Assembly: GCA_019057795.1 (NCBI GenBank)
Contig: JAHLWS010000038.1
Span: 40,734 to 104,733, forward strand
Origin: Promethearchaeota archaeon
GTDB lineage: Archaea; Asgardarchaeota; Lokiarchaeia; Sigyniarchaeales; SOKP01
Length of the DNA: 64,000 bases
Reading direction: 5' to 3'
Both the position numbers and the translations under genes were made by a program. The notes under the pieces are model-generated. The model saw nothing but the letters and a program-made list of their open reading frames with translations. It was not told the DNA's origin and did no database searches. Shown here in pieces: positions 40,863-50,604 of the stretch (position 1 is the first letter of the stretch; every line of letters starts with the position of its first letter).

Positions 40863-41579
40863 ATGGGCATTCGAAAGATTGAAGATGAAATTGATTTACG
40901 AGAAGCTATGAAAAGGAAGGCAGCAGAGTTAAAAATAAAAGACATTCAAGCGAAAGCTTCTACAGAAAACTTTACAAAAGAAAGACTTAGGGAATTAGCG
41001 AAAAAACATGGTGTTATATTAGCTTTAACTCCTGAATTGAAGGATCAGGTTAGAGACTTGCAAAAAAAGTATAACATACCATCTTCAAAAATTATAACAG
41101 AACAAATCACGGAAAACGATGTTTTGAAGAAGTTTTCTAAAATCGATCACGAAAAGTTAGGAATGCTTGCCTATCAAAGAGTTTTGATGCAAAAAGAAGA
41201 AATTGGAGTTGGATTGATGCCTATTTCTGAAGTTTATAACTTAGTAAATACAGGTATTTTAAAAGAAGTATTAAATATAAAGGATTTACTCAAAGCATTA
41301 AAGATTCTGAAAAAGGATCGCGTCATAGAGGAACTACAAAAATTAAGGGGCAGTTCCGTAATGGTGAGGTTCTTTCCTGTTCAGTACACTAACGATCAAG
41401 TGAAAATTATCGGAATCGCAAAAGAAAAAGGTTATATCTCGCTTGAAGATGTTTGTGTTGCTCTAACATGGTCTCAAGATCGCGCCCTACAAACCCTAAA
41501 ATCGTTAGAAGATAGTGGAGTCGCTAAATTTAGGGAATCTCTTTTAAAAGGAAAGCAGTGGTATTTCCCTTCAATATAA
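40863..41579 (+). CDS. ESCRT-II Vps22/Vps36-like (EAP30) protein
   Basis: MGIRKIE start, tandem winged helices, WS..RA...L..LE..G, YFP end; ESCRT context. Confidence 0.85.
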   Translation: MGIRKIEDEIDLREAMKRKAAELKIKDIQAKASTENFTKERLRELAKKHGVILALTPELKDQVRDLQKKYNIPSSKIITEQITENDVLKKFSKIDHEKLGMLAYQRVLMQKEEIGVGLMPISEVYNLVNTGILKEVLNIKDLLKALKILKKDRVIEELQKLRGSSVMVRFFPVQYTNDQVKIIGIAKEKGYISLEDVCVALTWSQDRALQTLKSLEDSGVAKFRESLLKGKQWYFPSI

Positions 41580-41584
41580 GAGAT

Positions 41585-42496
41585 TTATTCTATTTTGATT
41601 TTAAAAGAAAGCTGACCGTCATCTAGTTTTATAATCTTCCCTCTCTTATCTTTTTCCAATATTTTAAATATTTTTATAATATCTTTGTGGGGAAGCGTGT
41701 TAAAATCCTTGTTAGATTCTCTTATTTCAAATATTAATATTGGTTCTAATGGTGAAATTTCCATTGCCCAATCGTAGACTTCTTCGGCCCAATTATCCAA
41801 ACTTTTCCAATAAACTCTTAATTTCTCTTTACTTTTTGATAACCATTCAGCTTGTTCTTGATTTACTAGTTCTTCAGCGATTTCCTTTAAAGCTGAATTG
41901 CGATTATCAAATTTGGAAAAGGGTTTCTCGAACTCTAACTTTCTTAGATATAATATATGAAGAATCGCGTACCGAGCATAGTCAAAAAAAACTTTGGACC
42001 ACTCATCTTTCCAGGATTCGTAATCCTTAAGGTCTGTTTTTTTATTAGGAAGAGAAAACATGAAAACATATCTTTTTTCTTCGAGCCAAGGGTAATCGTT
42101 CAATAACAACTCGTAAGTTGAAATTTCTCTGGCAACAACACCCCTCTCTCTTATTATTTCTAATTCAATCTCTTGAAGCTCTTTCTCGATTTGAGCGGCA
42201 TTTTGTTTATAAGCTTTTTGATCGATTTCTCCTAGTTTTGATGTGAGAAAGTCTTCAATTTTATCTAAACGCGCTTCTATTTCTTCACTTGGTAATTTTT
42301 CGATTGTTTCTTCCTCAACAATTTCTTCTGTACTCCCTTCTTGTATCGATTCTTGCTTTTCTATCGTTTTTTGGCTTCTTAGTTCTTTTAACCGAGCTAA
42401 TTCTTTCCTTAAGTCTTCAAGTTCCTTATCTGCTTTTTCTTTGACTTCTTTAGGAACTTCTTTCGGTTTTTCTTTTTGCCTTTCCATATTTCGCAA
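41585..42496 (-). CDS. ESCRT-II Vps25-like protein with N-terminal coiled coil
   Basis: SW..EW, PF, AEW, VYWKS...WA..VYDW; ESCRT context. Confidence 0.85.
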   Translation of the reverse strand: MRNMERQKEKPKEVPKEVKEKADKELEDLRKELARLKELRSQKTIEKQESIQEGSTEEIVEEETIEKLPSEEIEARLDKIEDFLTSKLGEIDQKAYKQNAAQIEKELQEIELEIIRERGVVAREISTYELLLNDYPWLEEKRYVFMFSLPNKKTDLKDYESWKDEWSKVFFDYARYAILHILYLRKLEFEKPFSKFDNRNSALKEIAEELVNQEQAEWLSKSKEKLRVYWKSLDNWAEEVYDWAMEISPLEPILIFEIRESNKDFNTLPHKDIIKIFKILEKDKRGKIIKLDDGQLSFKIKIE

Positions 42497-42509
42497 CTTA
42501 AATTTTTAT

Positions 42510-43727
42510 TTAATATTCTCCAAAATCTTTTGCCCATTGTTCATATTGCTTTAGAGCAGCGCTAGTTGTCATTGGCTTAACTTTTTTTAATGTTTTAGTA
42601 AAATCTTTTAAATTAATATCCCTTACAATTACTTCTTGATCGTTGTTTTCTAAAAGTCCACTCATATCTAATTCTCTAATTGGAAGCATAATAACTTCGC
42701 GACACACATTAGAAATATCTCTTCCAGAATATCCTTCAGATCTAACTCCTAATTCGACGAAATCTTCTTCAGTTAACGACATATTAATACCTGCGGTATG
42801 AATTTTAAAGATTCCAATTCTGGCTGTTAGATCTGGAAGCGGTACATATACTTTCTTTTCAAATCTACTAAGCATAGCAGCGTCAATGTCCCAAGGTCGA
42901 TTAGTAGCGCCTAAAACTAATAATGGTTTTTTAGAACCCGATCTAACGCCCTGAATTTCGCTTAACAATTGCGTTTTTACCCGTCTTTCGCCTCCTCCTT
43001 CGTGCCCCTCGCCTCTTTTAGTTGCCACCGAGTCAATTTCATCCATAAAAATTAAACTTGGAGCTTTAATTCGAGCAACTTTAAAAAGCGAGCTAATTAA
43101 CTTCTCACTTTCGCCTAACCATTTGCTTAATAAATCTGCGGATGAAACACTAAAAAATGTCGCTTCACATTCCGTAGCAGCAGCTCTCGCTAATAGGGTT
43201 TTTCCACATCCAGGTGGACCAAACAATAATATGCCTGACCATGGTTTTCTTGCTCCCGTAAAAAGTTGGGGTTTCATAATTGGCAACACTATCGCTTCTC
43301 TTAAAGCTTGTTTAGACGACTTTAAGCCCGCAATATCGTTCCACCTTACATTAGGAGATTCTGTTAATATTGTGCCTGAAATCGAATCTATAATTTCTTG
43401 TTCTTCAGCAGAATATTGTCCTTCCTCTCCTTTTCCCTCGCTATCTTTGGCTTCACTTGTACCCATAGAGGGTCTTCCTTTTCGAGCACGAGGGCCACTT
43501 AAATGTGCTTTAAGTACGTTAGCACGATTAATATACTGTTCAATTTGATCGCGACATTTTCTAATCATTATTGGGTTTTTATTAAATTTTACGAATTGAA
43601 TTAGGATTTCTGCGGCTCTTTGATATTTATTTAGCGCTTGTCTATATTGGCCCTTTTCGTCTAATGCAACTGCAGCTTGCGCTTCTTGAACAGCGTATTG
43701 ATAAAGTTTACTGTCGACACTACTCAA
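42510..43727 (-). CDS. vps4: Vps4/CdvC AAA+ ATPase with MIT domain
   Basis: MIT N-terminus, PNVRWNDIAGL, GPPGCGKT, SKWLGESEK, DEID, W..DFG. Confidence 0.95.
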   Translation of the reverse strand: MSSVDSKLYQYAVQEAQAAVALDEKGQYRQALNKYQRAAEILIQFVKFNKNPIMIRKCRDQIEQYINRANVLKAHLSGPRARKGRPSMGTSEAKDSEGKGEEGQYSAEEQEIIDSISGTILTESPNVRWNDIAGLKSSKQALREAIVLPIMKPQLFTGARKPWSGILLFGPPGCGKTLLARAAATECEATFFSVSSADLLSKWLGESEKLISSLFKVARIKAPSLIFMDEIDSVATKRGEGHEGGGERRVKTQLLSEIQGVRSGSKKPLLVLGATNRPWDIDAAMLSRFEKKVYVPLPDLTARIGIFKIHTAGINMSLTEEDFVELGVRSEGYSGRDISNVCREVIMLPIRELDMSGLLENNDQEVIVRDINLKDFTKTLKKVKPMTTSAALKQYEQWAKDFGEY

Positions 43728-43956
43728 ATTTATAATAACCTTTTTAAATTAATTATTTATCTTGTTTATCTTAAAAAATTATTAATATTTATAGATAATC
43801 TAGTTCGATACTTATTTTATTTATTAATACATCCAAATATATCAAATTTTCTCTTTAAAATTGTACTGTAAACATTGGTCTACAACAAAAAATTATATAA
43901 TCTCGAGTTTTTAATATTATTATATAGTAATAACGAAAAAAGTGATGATTTAAGTA

Positions 43957-44583
43957 ATGGGTTTTTTAAAGGATATGTCAAAATGGCTCTCGGGTGGCCA
44001 AAAAACTGATTCTGTTCGTTCTGCTACCGTCAGGTTAAAAGTGTTCAACAAAAGATTGGCTCGCCAGGTGAGGAAAATGGAGATGTCGTCTAAATTAGCG
44101 AGAGATAAAGCCGTAAGACTTCGAAAAGCGGGTGATATGGACGGTTCAGAATTTCACGCGCGAAATTATCTACAAGTTAAAAAACAAGCTAGAGCGATTG
44201 ACCATTTCAGAACTAACTTAGAAGGAATGGTATTTAAATTGGAACAGGCTAACGCTGTTAAAGATATTTCCGTTATCATGAGTGGTATTGCCACTAGTTT
44301 AGGTGCGTTAAAAAATCAGTTATCGGTTCCTCAGCTTACTGACTTGATGACCACAATTGGTATTGATATGGAAGATTTTTCTGTGGTTGAAGAAATAACA
44401 TCTGACGGAATCGATGATATGACGCTCGATACAGCAGTTACCGATAACCAAGTTAAGGAAATATTAGGCGAAATCGATGCTGAGATACAAGTTGAAGTAG
44501 GTGGAGCATTACCTTCGGTTGATCCCGATGGAAAGGTAAAAGAATTAGAAGATGAATTAAACAAATTGAAGTCGCGAGATTAG
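43957..44583 (+). CDS. ESCRT-III (Vps2/24/46-type Snf7 family)
   Basis: Basic N-terminal helices, acidic C-terminus, MIM1-like ELEDELNKLK. Confidence 0.88.
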   Translation: MGFLKDMSKWLSGGQKTDSVRSATVRLKVFNKRLARQVRKMEMSSKLARDKAVRLRKAGDMDGSEFHARNYLQVKKQARAIDHFRTNLEGMVFKLEQANAVKDISVIMSGIATSLGALKNQLSVPQLTDLMTTIGIDMEDFSVVEEITSDGIDDMTLDTAVTDNQVKEILGEIDAEIQVEVGGALPSVDPDGKVKELEDELNKLKSRD

Positions 44584-44678
44584 ATTTTTTTTTTCTAAGT
44601 TTCCCTTTTTAACTACCAAGCAAAATTATTTAAGCTAAAACTCTATTTTTAATTTATTCTCTAATTCAATATTTAAAA

Positions 44679-45695
44679 GTGTTAAAAATGAATCCAGAAT
44701 TAATAACGATTGGTAGTTGTACTCTTGATTGTATGCTACAAGTTAAAGATATCCTTAGATTTGAATTGTTTGATAAAGAAATTGTTAAAAAATACACTGC
44801 AATTGAATACAGTCGTAAACTGAATATTGAGGGCGTTTTATTTGTTCCTGGAGGTTCTGCTGCTAACATAGCGTCAAATTGTGCGATGTTGGGGTTAAAA
44901 AGCACATATATCGGAGTAATAGGGAACGATTTTTCGGCAAGTATTTGTCTAGAAGATATGAAAAAAAGAGGAGTAGATCTTTCAAGTGTCATTCAAACTG
45001 ATGACGATTGTACGGCGTTCTCAGTAATTTTAAAAACCGAGTGGGGAAAAGACAGAAGTATTCTTGCGTATAAAGGCGCAAATAACATGTTAAAACCTGA
45101 GGATGTGAAAGACGATTTGTTTCATAATATTAAAGCGTTTGCTTGGACATCGTTAACAACCGAAAATGGTTGTAGAGCAATTGAGAAAGCACTGACGCTC
45201 ACATTAGAAAATGGTGGTCAAGTATTTGCTGCACCTAGCATGTCAATTATAAAAAACAACCCAAAATGGGCAAAAATTCTTATTTCAAACTCAAATGTAG
45301 TTTCATTAAATAAAGAAGAGGCTCAAGAGTTTACAAGCGAGACAGATATAGTTCATATGATTCATACTTTTTTAGATCTTGGTATAAAATTAATTTCAAT
45401 TACCGATGGTCCTAATGGCTCAATTATATCTGATGGTAAACATATTGTGAACAGTTCAATTTACGAGGGACCGGTAGAAGACACCACAGGAGCAGGAGAC
45501 GCTTTTCTAAGCGGGCTTCTAATGTCCCAACTAAACGAGTTTAGTCTCGAGAAATCGTCAAAGATGGCAACAGCAATGTCTTATTTAGAAAGCAGAGAAG
45601 TCGGGGTTCGAGAGGGCTTACCTAATAGCTTACGTGAATTAGAAGACTTTATCGCTAATAATGAGATAAAACAAAAAGTTTCACAGATTGTTTAA
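44679..45695 (+). CDS. PfkB-family carbohydrate kinase
   Basis: GGSAANIA, NxEE, DTTGAGDAF. Confidence 0.92.
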   Translation: MLKMNPELITIGSCTLDCMLQVKDILRFELFDKEIVKKYTAIEYSRKLNIEGVLFVPGGSAANIASNCAMLGLKSTYIGVIGNDFSASICLEDMKKRGVDLSSVIQTDDDCTAFSVILKTEWGKDRSILAYKGANNMLKPEDVKDDLFHNIKAFAWTSLTTENGCRAIEKALTLTLENGGQVFAAPSMSIIKNNPKWAKILISNSNVVSLNKEEAQEFTSETDIVHMIHTFLDLGIKLISITDGPNGSIISDGKHIVNSSIYEGPVEDTTGAGDAFLSGLLMSQLNEFSLEKSSKMATAMSYLESREVGVREGLPNSLRELEDFIANNEIKQKVSQIV

Positions 45696-45901
45696 TTGAA
45701 TGATTAGCTAAAAGAACACAGAACATAGAATAAGATATATAAGGAAAAAAGTAAGTATAATAAATGTTACATCTAATGTAGAAGTGAATTCTGAATTAAG
45801 AAATTAAACCTTGTTACCTTCTTTATATCAACTCATATTAAAGCAATAAATTTTAATTTCTTAATATATTTTTTATATCGTTAAACGACTTATACTAAAA
45901 A

Positions 45902-46033
45902 GCGCTGCTAGTATAGATTCTATTAAACGTCTTAATAGAATGTAGATTGGTCAGTATACACCAATGTTGCAAAGCAATATGGGTAAAACAGGTTGCCAAC
46001 TTGGTGACCCGGGTTCGATTCCCGGGCGGCGCA
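45902..46033 (+). tRNA. tRNA-Gly(GCC) with two introns (~45917-45945 in the D-loop; ~45964-45990 in the anticodon stem)
   Basis: Acceptor GCGCTGC/GCGGCGC, D stem GTAT/ATAC, anticodon stem CCA^GG/CTTGG, loop TTGCCAA, T arm CCGGG-TTCGATT-CCCGG. Confidence 0.88.
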
Positions 46034-46105
46034 CTTCTCTTAACAGATAGTTTTATTTCAAGTCAAATCAGTTAATTATAAATAGACAATTTGTTAAGAA
46101 ATATT

Positions 46106-46303
46106 ATGGGAAAGAAAAAGAAGAAGTCTCGAAAAAAGTTGCTGCAACATGCCATAAGTTATCAACATCAATATAATATACAACAAGAAAAAATAAAGAA
46201 CAATCCCCAATCACTTTCCGTATCGCATTGGAAGAAAGAAAAAGAGAACTTCTTATCTCATATGAATTATTATTTATTAAAAGCAAAGGTTGATACAATA
46301 TGA
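46106..46303 (+). CDS. Small basic protein resembling helical polymorphic-toxin tip peptides
   Basis: MGKKKK..QQEKIKNNPQS..VSHWKKEKENF; ATGA overlap with next gene. Confidence 0.55.
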   Translation: MGKKKKKSRKKLLQHAISYQHQYNIQQEKIKNNPQSLSVSHWKKEKENFLSHMNYYLLKAKVDTI

Positions 46304-46521
46304 CTTTATCTAATAAAATGATTGAGAGATTTAAAAATAAACCGGATCAGAGTATGTGGAATTATATTATAGCACTTCAACAACTTCAAAACGCTCTTTT
46401 TGAACTGGAAAAGGATGAAAATGACCATGAAATACTTCAGGATTTATCCAAGCGTGCGTTAGATATAGGAAAAGATCTAGAAAAATTATTAAATTTGATG
46501 GAGAACAATTTAGAAGAATAG
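46300..46521 (+). CDS. Small acidic helical protein (candidate antitoxin/immunity)
   Basis: 73 aa, E/D/L-rich, translationally coupled. Confidence 0.55.
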   Translation: MTLSNKMIERFKNKPDQSMWNYIIALQQLQNALFELEKDENDHEILQDLSKRALDIGKDLEKLLNLMENNLEE

Positions 46522-46554
46522 GATAACCTTAGTTAACAATTTCTTTCCGCAATC

Positions 46555-46586
46555 ACTTGGCGACCCTGGTTCGATTCCCGGGTGGC
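46555..46586 (+). repeat. att-like duplicate of the tRNA-Gly 3' half
   Basis: 29/32 nt identical to 45999..46030. Confidence 0.9.
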
Positions 46587-46667
46587 ATATTTATAAATTG
46601 ATCATTTAGAAATAATTTAATATTGTTTATATTTGATAGAGTAAGGGATTTTTCAAGGTAATTCCAG

Positions 46668-47460
46668 ATGGATGATAAAGAAGTTGGCAAACATTGGGAT
46701 GAGAACGCAGAAAATTGGACAAGACTGGCCAGAATGGGATATGATCGATGTAGAGATCTAATTAATTCACCTGCCTTTTTCAAAATTTTGCCCGATATTT
46801 CAAACTTAATAGGTTTAGACATTGGTTGTGGAGAAGGATACAACACCAGAATTGCTACAAAAAAAGGAGCAAAATTAACGGCAATTGATATTTCTAAAGT
46901 GTTTATCAAATACGCAAAAGAAAAAGAACAGCAAGAACCATTAGGAATTATATATAAAGTTTCAAGTGCAACAAAGCTTCCATATCCAGATAACAATTTT
47001 GATTTTGCAATAGCTACTATGAGTCTGATGGATATCGCAGAAACCGAAGAAGCAATAGCCTGAAGCCTATAGAGTTATAAAACCTGGTGGTTTCTTCCAA
47101 TTTTCAATTTCTCATCCTTGTTTTGCAACTCCTAGATGGGAATGGGTCAAGGATAAAGAAGGTAGAAGGACTGGATTAATTGTAGGGGATTATTTTAAAA
47201 AATATAATGGTGAGATTAAAGAATGGATCTTTGGAGCGGCTCCAAAAGATATGACCGATAAAATGAGAAAATTTAGAATTCCCCGATTTAATATGATACT
47301 ATCAGAATGGCTCAATTTACTGATTGCAAAAGGTTTTATTTTAGAGGAATTTTGCGAACCTTATCCTGATGATGATGTTTTAAAAAATTATCCAGGAGAG
47401 CATGATAGCACAATTATACCCTATTTTTTGATTGTTCGCTGTCGAAAACCGAATAACTAG
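46668..47460 (+). pseudogene. Class I SAM methyltransferase with a +1 frameshift near 47058-47061
   Basis: LDIGCGEG; after GCC-T the shifted frame continues EAYRVIKPGGFFQFSISHP and joins ORF 47251..47460. Confidence 0.85.
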
Positions 47461-47552
47461 ACTTTTACGATTTTACAAATTTTCGTGAAAGGACTGTTTC
47501 ACGATCTGTATCACTTGAATTCTAAAAATAAAAAAAAAAGTTAAAATTTTTA

Positions 47553-49259
47553 TTATCTATTAATTATTGGTATCGGTTCTTTCAAACCATAATGAAGTGC
47601 TAAAAATCCCATGACTGATGCATAAATTGCTAAACCTGGCCAAAGAGAAGCCCATGGAGCAGTGTATAAATATGTTCTTTCAGAATTGACATTAGATCCT
47701 AATTGTACTAGCAAAGGATCGGAAAATCCAAGGAAACCTATTGCTTCGAATAACAAAATATTGAATGCCATGAATAACGGGAAATATACAATTAATTTCT
47801 TTGCGGTTAACTTTAAGCTGTAATTTCCCTTACTGATTATTAAAGTGACCCAAGGTATCGTAAACATTGCCATAATATTTGTTATCACTGAGATATTTCC
47901 TACTCCCCAAGTACAAAATAACCTTATTAAACCTAGTACGCTGGGTATTATGAAAAGGATTACCATGAATCCCAATACAAATCCTTTTACCCACCTATGA
48001 ACTTTAGATAAATAACCAAATAATATTCCAATCGTAATTCCTATGAGAACAGGCAGGATACAAACTTTCATCAATGTTGATACACCATATACCAATAATG
48101 CAAGTACATCGCGTCCAGATGTAGATTGTCCTAAGGGGTGAGCCTCAGATGGCGGAGCCCAAGCACCTGGATAAACGTCAATTGCTTCTTCTAAAGTCAA
48201 TGGCGTTAATATCTGTGGAAATACAGATACTATTATTGTGAATACCACTACAGCTATTCCTATTATTGTTAATGGAGATTTTAGCCGATAAAAAATAAAA
48301 TCTTTAAATTTTTGGTCTGAATCGATAATATATTGAGTACCTTCTTCAATGATTCGCTCGGATTTCCCAAAATACTTAGTAAAAATTGGTGATTGGCTTT
48401 CCTCTGAGATAAAATTGTAAATTGTGTATCCTATATTCGATAGGAATAGAATAATTGCGGGAAGTAAGATTAGGATAAATAAGTATACTCTGTATAACCA
48501 ATAGTCATAGCATAGATTAACATTTATAAAAAGACTAAAAAATCCATTTAATTCAAAGATAACTTCGAGAAGGAGAATACTTGCAATTAGAACGCTTAAA
48601 TTTATAATTATCTGCAAGTTATTGGATAAAATATGTTTTTCCTCTGATTTCTTCAAATAATTAGAACGAACTTGTCTTGTCGTGAGAAATAAAGTTAACA
48701 GAAATAAGATACAAGCCGGTAAAAATGGATCTCCCTCTGTTGGAAAAAGTCCCATTTGATAAGCTAAAATGTATTGGAACCACATCCCTACAAAAAACAT
48801 TGGCATCGAAATACCTAAAATAACAAGGATTTGAATAAACACTTTAACTGATTTATATCTAACTTTAACTGATAATATACCTAGAAAAATACCTACAATT
48901 AAACCTAAAACAATCGGTAATATTGTAAAACGTAAACTTGCTAGAATCCTCGGAATCAAAAGTTCAATTATAGGCATACCTTGCGCAATATAAACAGAAA
49001 TCCCTAGATTTCCTGAAAAGAGCTCAGAAAGATACCTAAAGAACTGGACAATCAAAGGTTGATCAAAACCTAATAGTTGATACGCTGCATTATATTCTGC
49101 TGCTGAAGGATGATGAACACCTTGACCTTGTAGATATACAATAACTGGATCACCGGGAAGTAACAGAAGAAACTGAAAACTCAGAACCAATCCGAAAAAT
49201 AATAGCAAGATAGGGAGTAAAATAGTATAGAGTATGTTTCTATTAACAACTTTTAACAT
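47553..49259 (-). CDS. Fused DppB/DppC-type peptide ABC permease, internally shortened
   Basis: LPGDP, GFDQPL..QF, E.IF...G; second half HPLG...GRDV, E..GFLG, APW..LWPG. Confidence 0.8.
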   Translation of the reverse strand: MLKVVNRNILYTILLPILLLFFGLVLSFQFLLLLPGDPVIVYLQGQGVHHPSAAEYNAAYQLLGFDQPLIVQFFRYLSELFSGNLGISVYIAQGMPIIELLIPRILASLRFTILPIVLGLIVGIFLGILSVKVRYKSVKVFIQILVILGISMPMFFVGMWFQYILAYQMGLFPTEGDPFLPACILFLLTLFLTTRQVRSNYLKKSEEKHILSNNLQIIINLSVLIASILLLEVIFELNGFFSLFINVNLCYDYWLYRVYLFILILLPAIILFLSNIGYTIYNFISEESQSPIFTKYFGKSERIIEEGTQYIIDSDQKFKDFIFYRLKSPLTIIGIAVVVFTIIVSVFPQILTPLTLEEAIDVYPGAWAPPSEAHPLGQSTSGRDVLALLVYGVSTLMKVCILPVLIGITIGILFGYLSKVHRWVKGFVLGFMVILFIIPSVLGLIRLFCTWGVGNISVITNIMAMFTIPWVTLIISKGNYSLKLTAKKLIVYFPLFMAFNILLFEAIGFLGFSDPLLVQLGSNVNSERTYLYTAPWASLWPGLAIYASVMGFLALHYGLKEPIPIINR

Positions 49260-49373
49260 TTTCTTTTTTCTTTTTTTTTTTAATAAATGAAGATAACATA
49301 ATTCATTAAGATACTGAAATATATAAGTGTGATAAAATCATCTACTATAGGGTGATTTTTAATTCTAAAAGCG

Positions 49374-49586
49374 ATGAAACCGTTTGGTTTAGCACTTAAA
49401 GACTATTGGGATGGAAATAAACTTGCAAAAGTTATATTTCATCGAGATGATGGATTAGTTGATGATTATTTTGTTAGTCATTGCTTTAGGAAACCTGAGG
49501 ATTTTTCAGAATTAGAAAAAAAGGCATTAGAATCGTGTTTCGGGAAAGTTTTTAATTTAGAAGCGGGTGTATTTTCAAATAATTAA
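49374..49586 (+). pseudogene. N-terminal fragment of a class I SAM methyltransferase
   Basis: PFG.AL.DY..RDDG..LEKKAL..C.GKV, stops at a degenerate SAM-binding motif. Confidence 0.6.
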
Positions 49587-49603
49587 AATAAAAAAAATCT
49601 TAC

Positions 49604-50455
49604 TTACAGAGTTCCAAGAAAATTTGAAACCTTTGAAGATTTAGGAACCTCAACCTTGAAATAATTCTCAACGATTTCAAAAAGAAAATCGAGATATGCT
49701 AGTTGGATTTTTACATTGTGAATTCTAGATAAATCTCCAATTATTTTTTTCGAGTAAACCTTCTCTTTCTTTTTTAAACCTTTAACTATGTCTGCTATCG
49801 TTTCAGATAATTCGTAAGCTTTTTGAAGTCCATTTTGTAGATATATTAAACTGGCTCCTGGCTCATATTCCTCTAAAAATTTCTGAACTAAGGATCTTTC
49901 TACACCTAATTTTTTTACATCAATAATACCATCGTCGTCCTTTATAACATCCTTACGGTTAAAGACAATATAATCGTTATAACTTTCGTTATTATATTGA
50001 TCTTTTGAAATGACAACAAGCTCAGTTTTAAAAGAATTTATTGTTATATAATCAAAAAACCTTCGAACATCATCCAACATAAATATCTGGTCAAAAATTA
50101 AAACGATCTTTCTCTTACATAATATAGCTCTAAGTATGTAAGCGATTAAAGAAGCAGACAAATTAAGTTTGATTAAACTTACATTAATTGAATCAAGTTG
50201 AGCGGAGTCCTTAGGTTCTATGCTTTTTTTCGGAATTATCTCAGGAAGTTCTAATTGGAAATCTGTCGTAAATGTGTCTCTCACTGAGAAGTTCTTATCT
50301 ATGTAAGCAACGAAAGAATGCTCGCAAATAAATCCTTCCGACACATTTACTGCAAACACCCCTCTTTTAGCTTTTTCTACCTCGCCTTCAGAAACTTCAA
50401 TAAAGCCTCTAGCTGCACATGAGGGGCAACGAACTTCTATTTTCTTCATATTCAA
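49604..50455 (-). CDS. Hypothetical protein with N-terminal zinc ribbon
   Basis: CPSC...ICEHSF..YIDKNF.VRD. Confidence 0.7.
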   Translation of the reverse strand: MNMKKIEVRCPSCAARGFIEVSEGEVEKAKRGVFAVNVSEGFICEHSFVAYIDKNFSVRDTFTTDFQLELPEIIPKKSIEPKDSAQLDSINVSLIKLNLSASLIAYILRAILCKRKIVLIFDQIFMLDDVRRFFDYITINSFKTELVVISKDQYNNESYNDYIVFNRKDVIKDDDGIIDVKKLGVERSLVQKFLEEYEPGASLIYLQNGLQKAYELSETIADIVKGLKKKEKVYSKKIIGDLSRIHNVKIQLAYLDFLFEIVENYFKVEVPKSSKVSNFLGTL

Positions 50456-50604
50456 AAATCTTAATGAAAGTAATATAATTTAAAAGTTCCGATTAAATAC
50501 GAACTGTAATTAATTTTTAATTACTTTAATATTTAAATGTTAACTGAGTTAATTAATTGAAATCGTTAATTTATATACAGTTTTGTTTAATTTCTCTAAT
50601 TTTT

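Larger units (their letters stand above)
46034..46586. mobile_element. Mini-island integrated at tRNA-Gly
   Basis: Ends in a copy of the tRNA 3' half; contains two small ORFs and no integrase. Confidence 0.75.

Noticed and set aside
40784-40945. N-terminal extension of the NIP7-like ORF
   Set aside because: Overlaps the ESCRT-II gene antisense and an AT-rich promoter-like region; MRDFK is the more plausible start
43123-43548. Antisense and alternative-frame ORFs (also 3292, 15950, 42243, 46553, 56472, 60221 and similar)
   Set aside because: Shadows of well-supported genes; no recognisable motifs
47061-47063. In-frame TGA as selenocysteine or read-through in the methyltransferase
   Set aside because: The same frame hits TAG three codons later; homology continues in the +1 frame, so this is a frameshift
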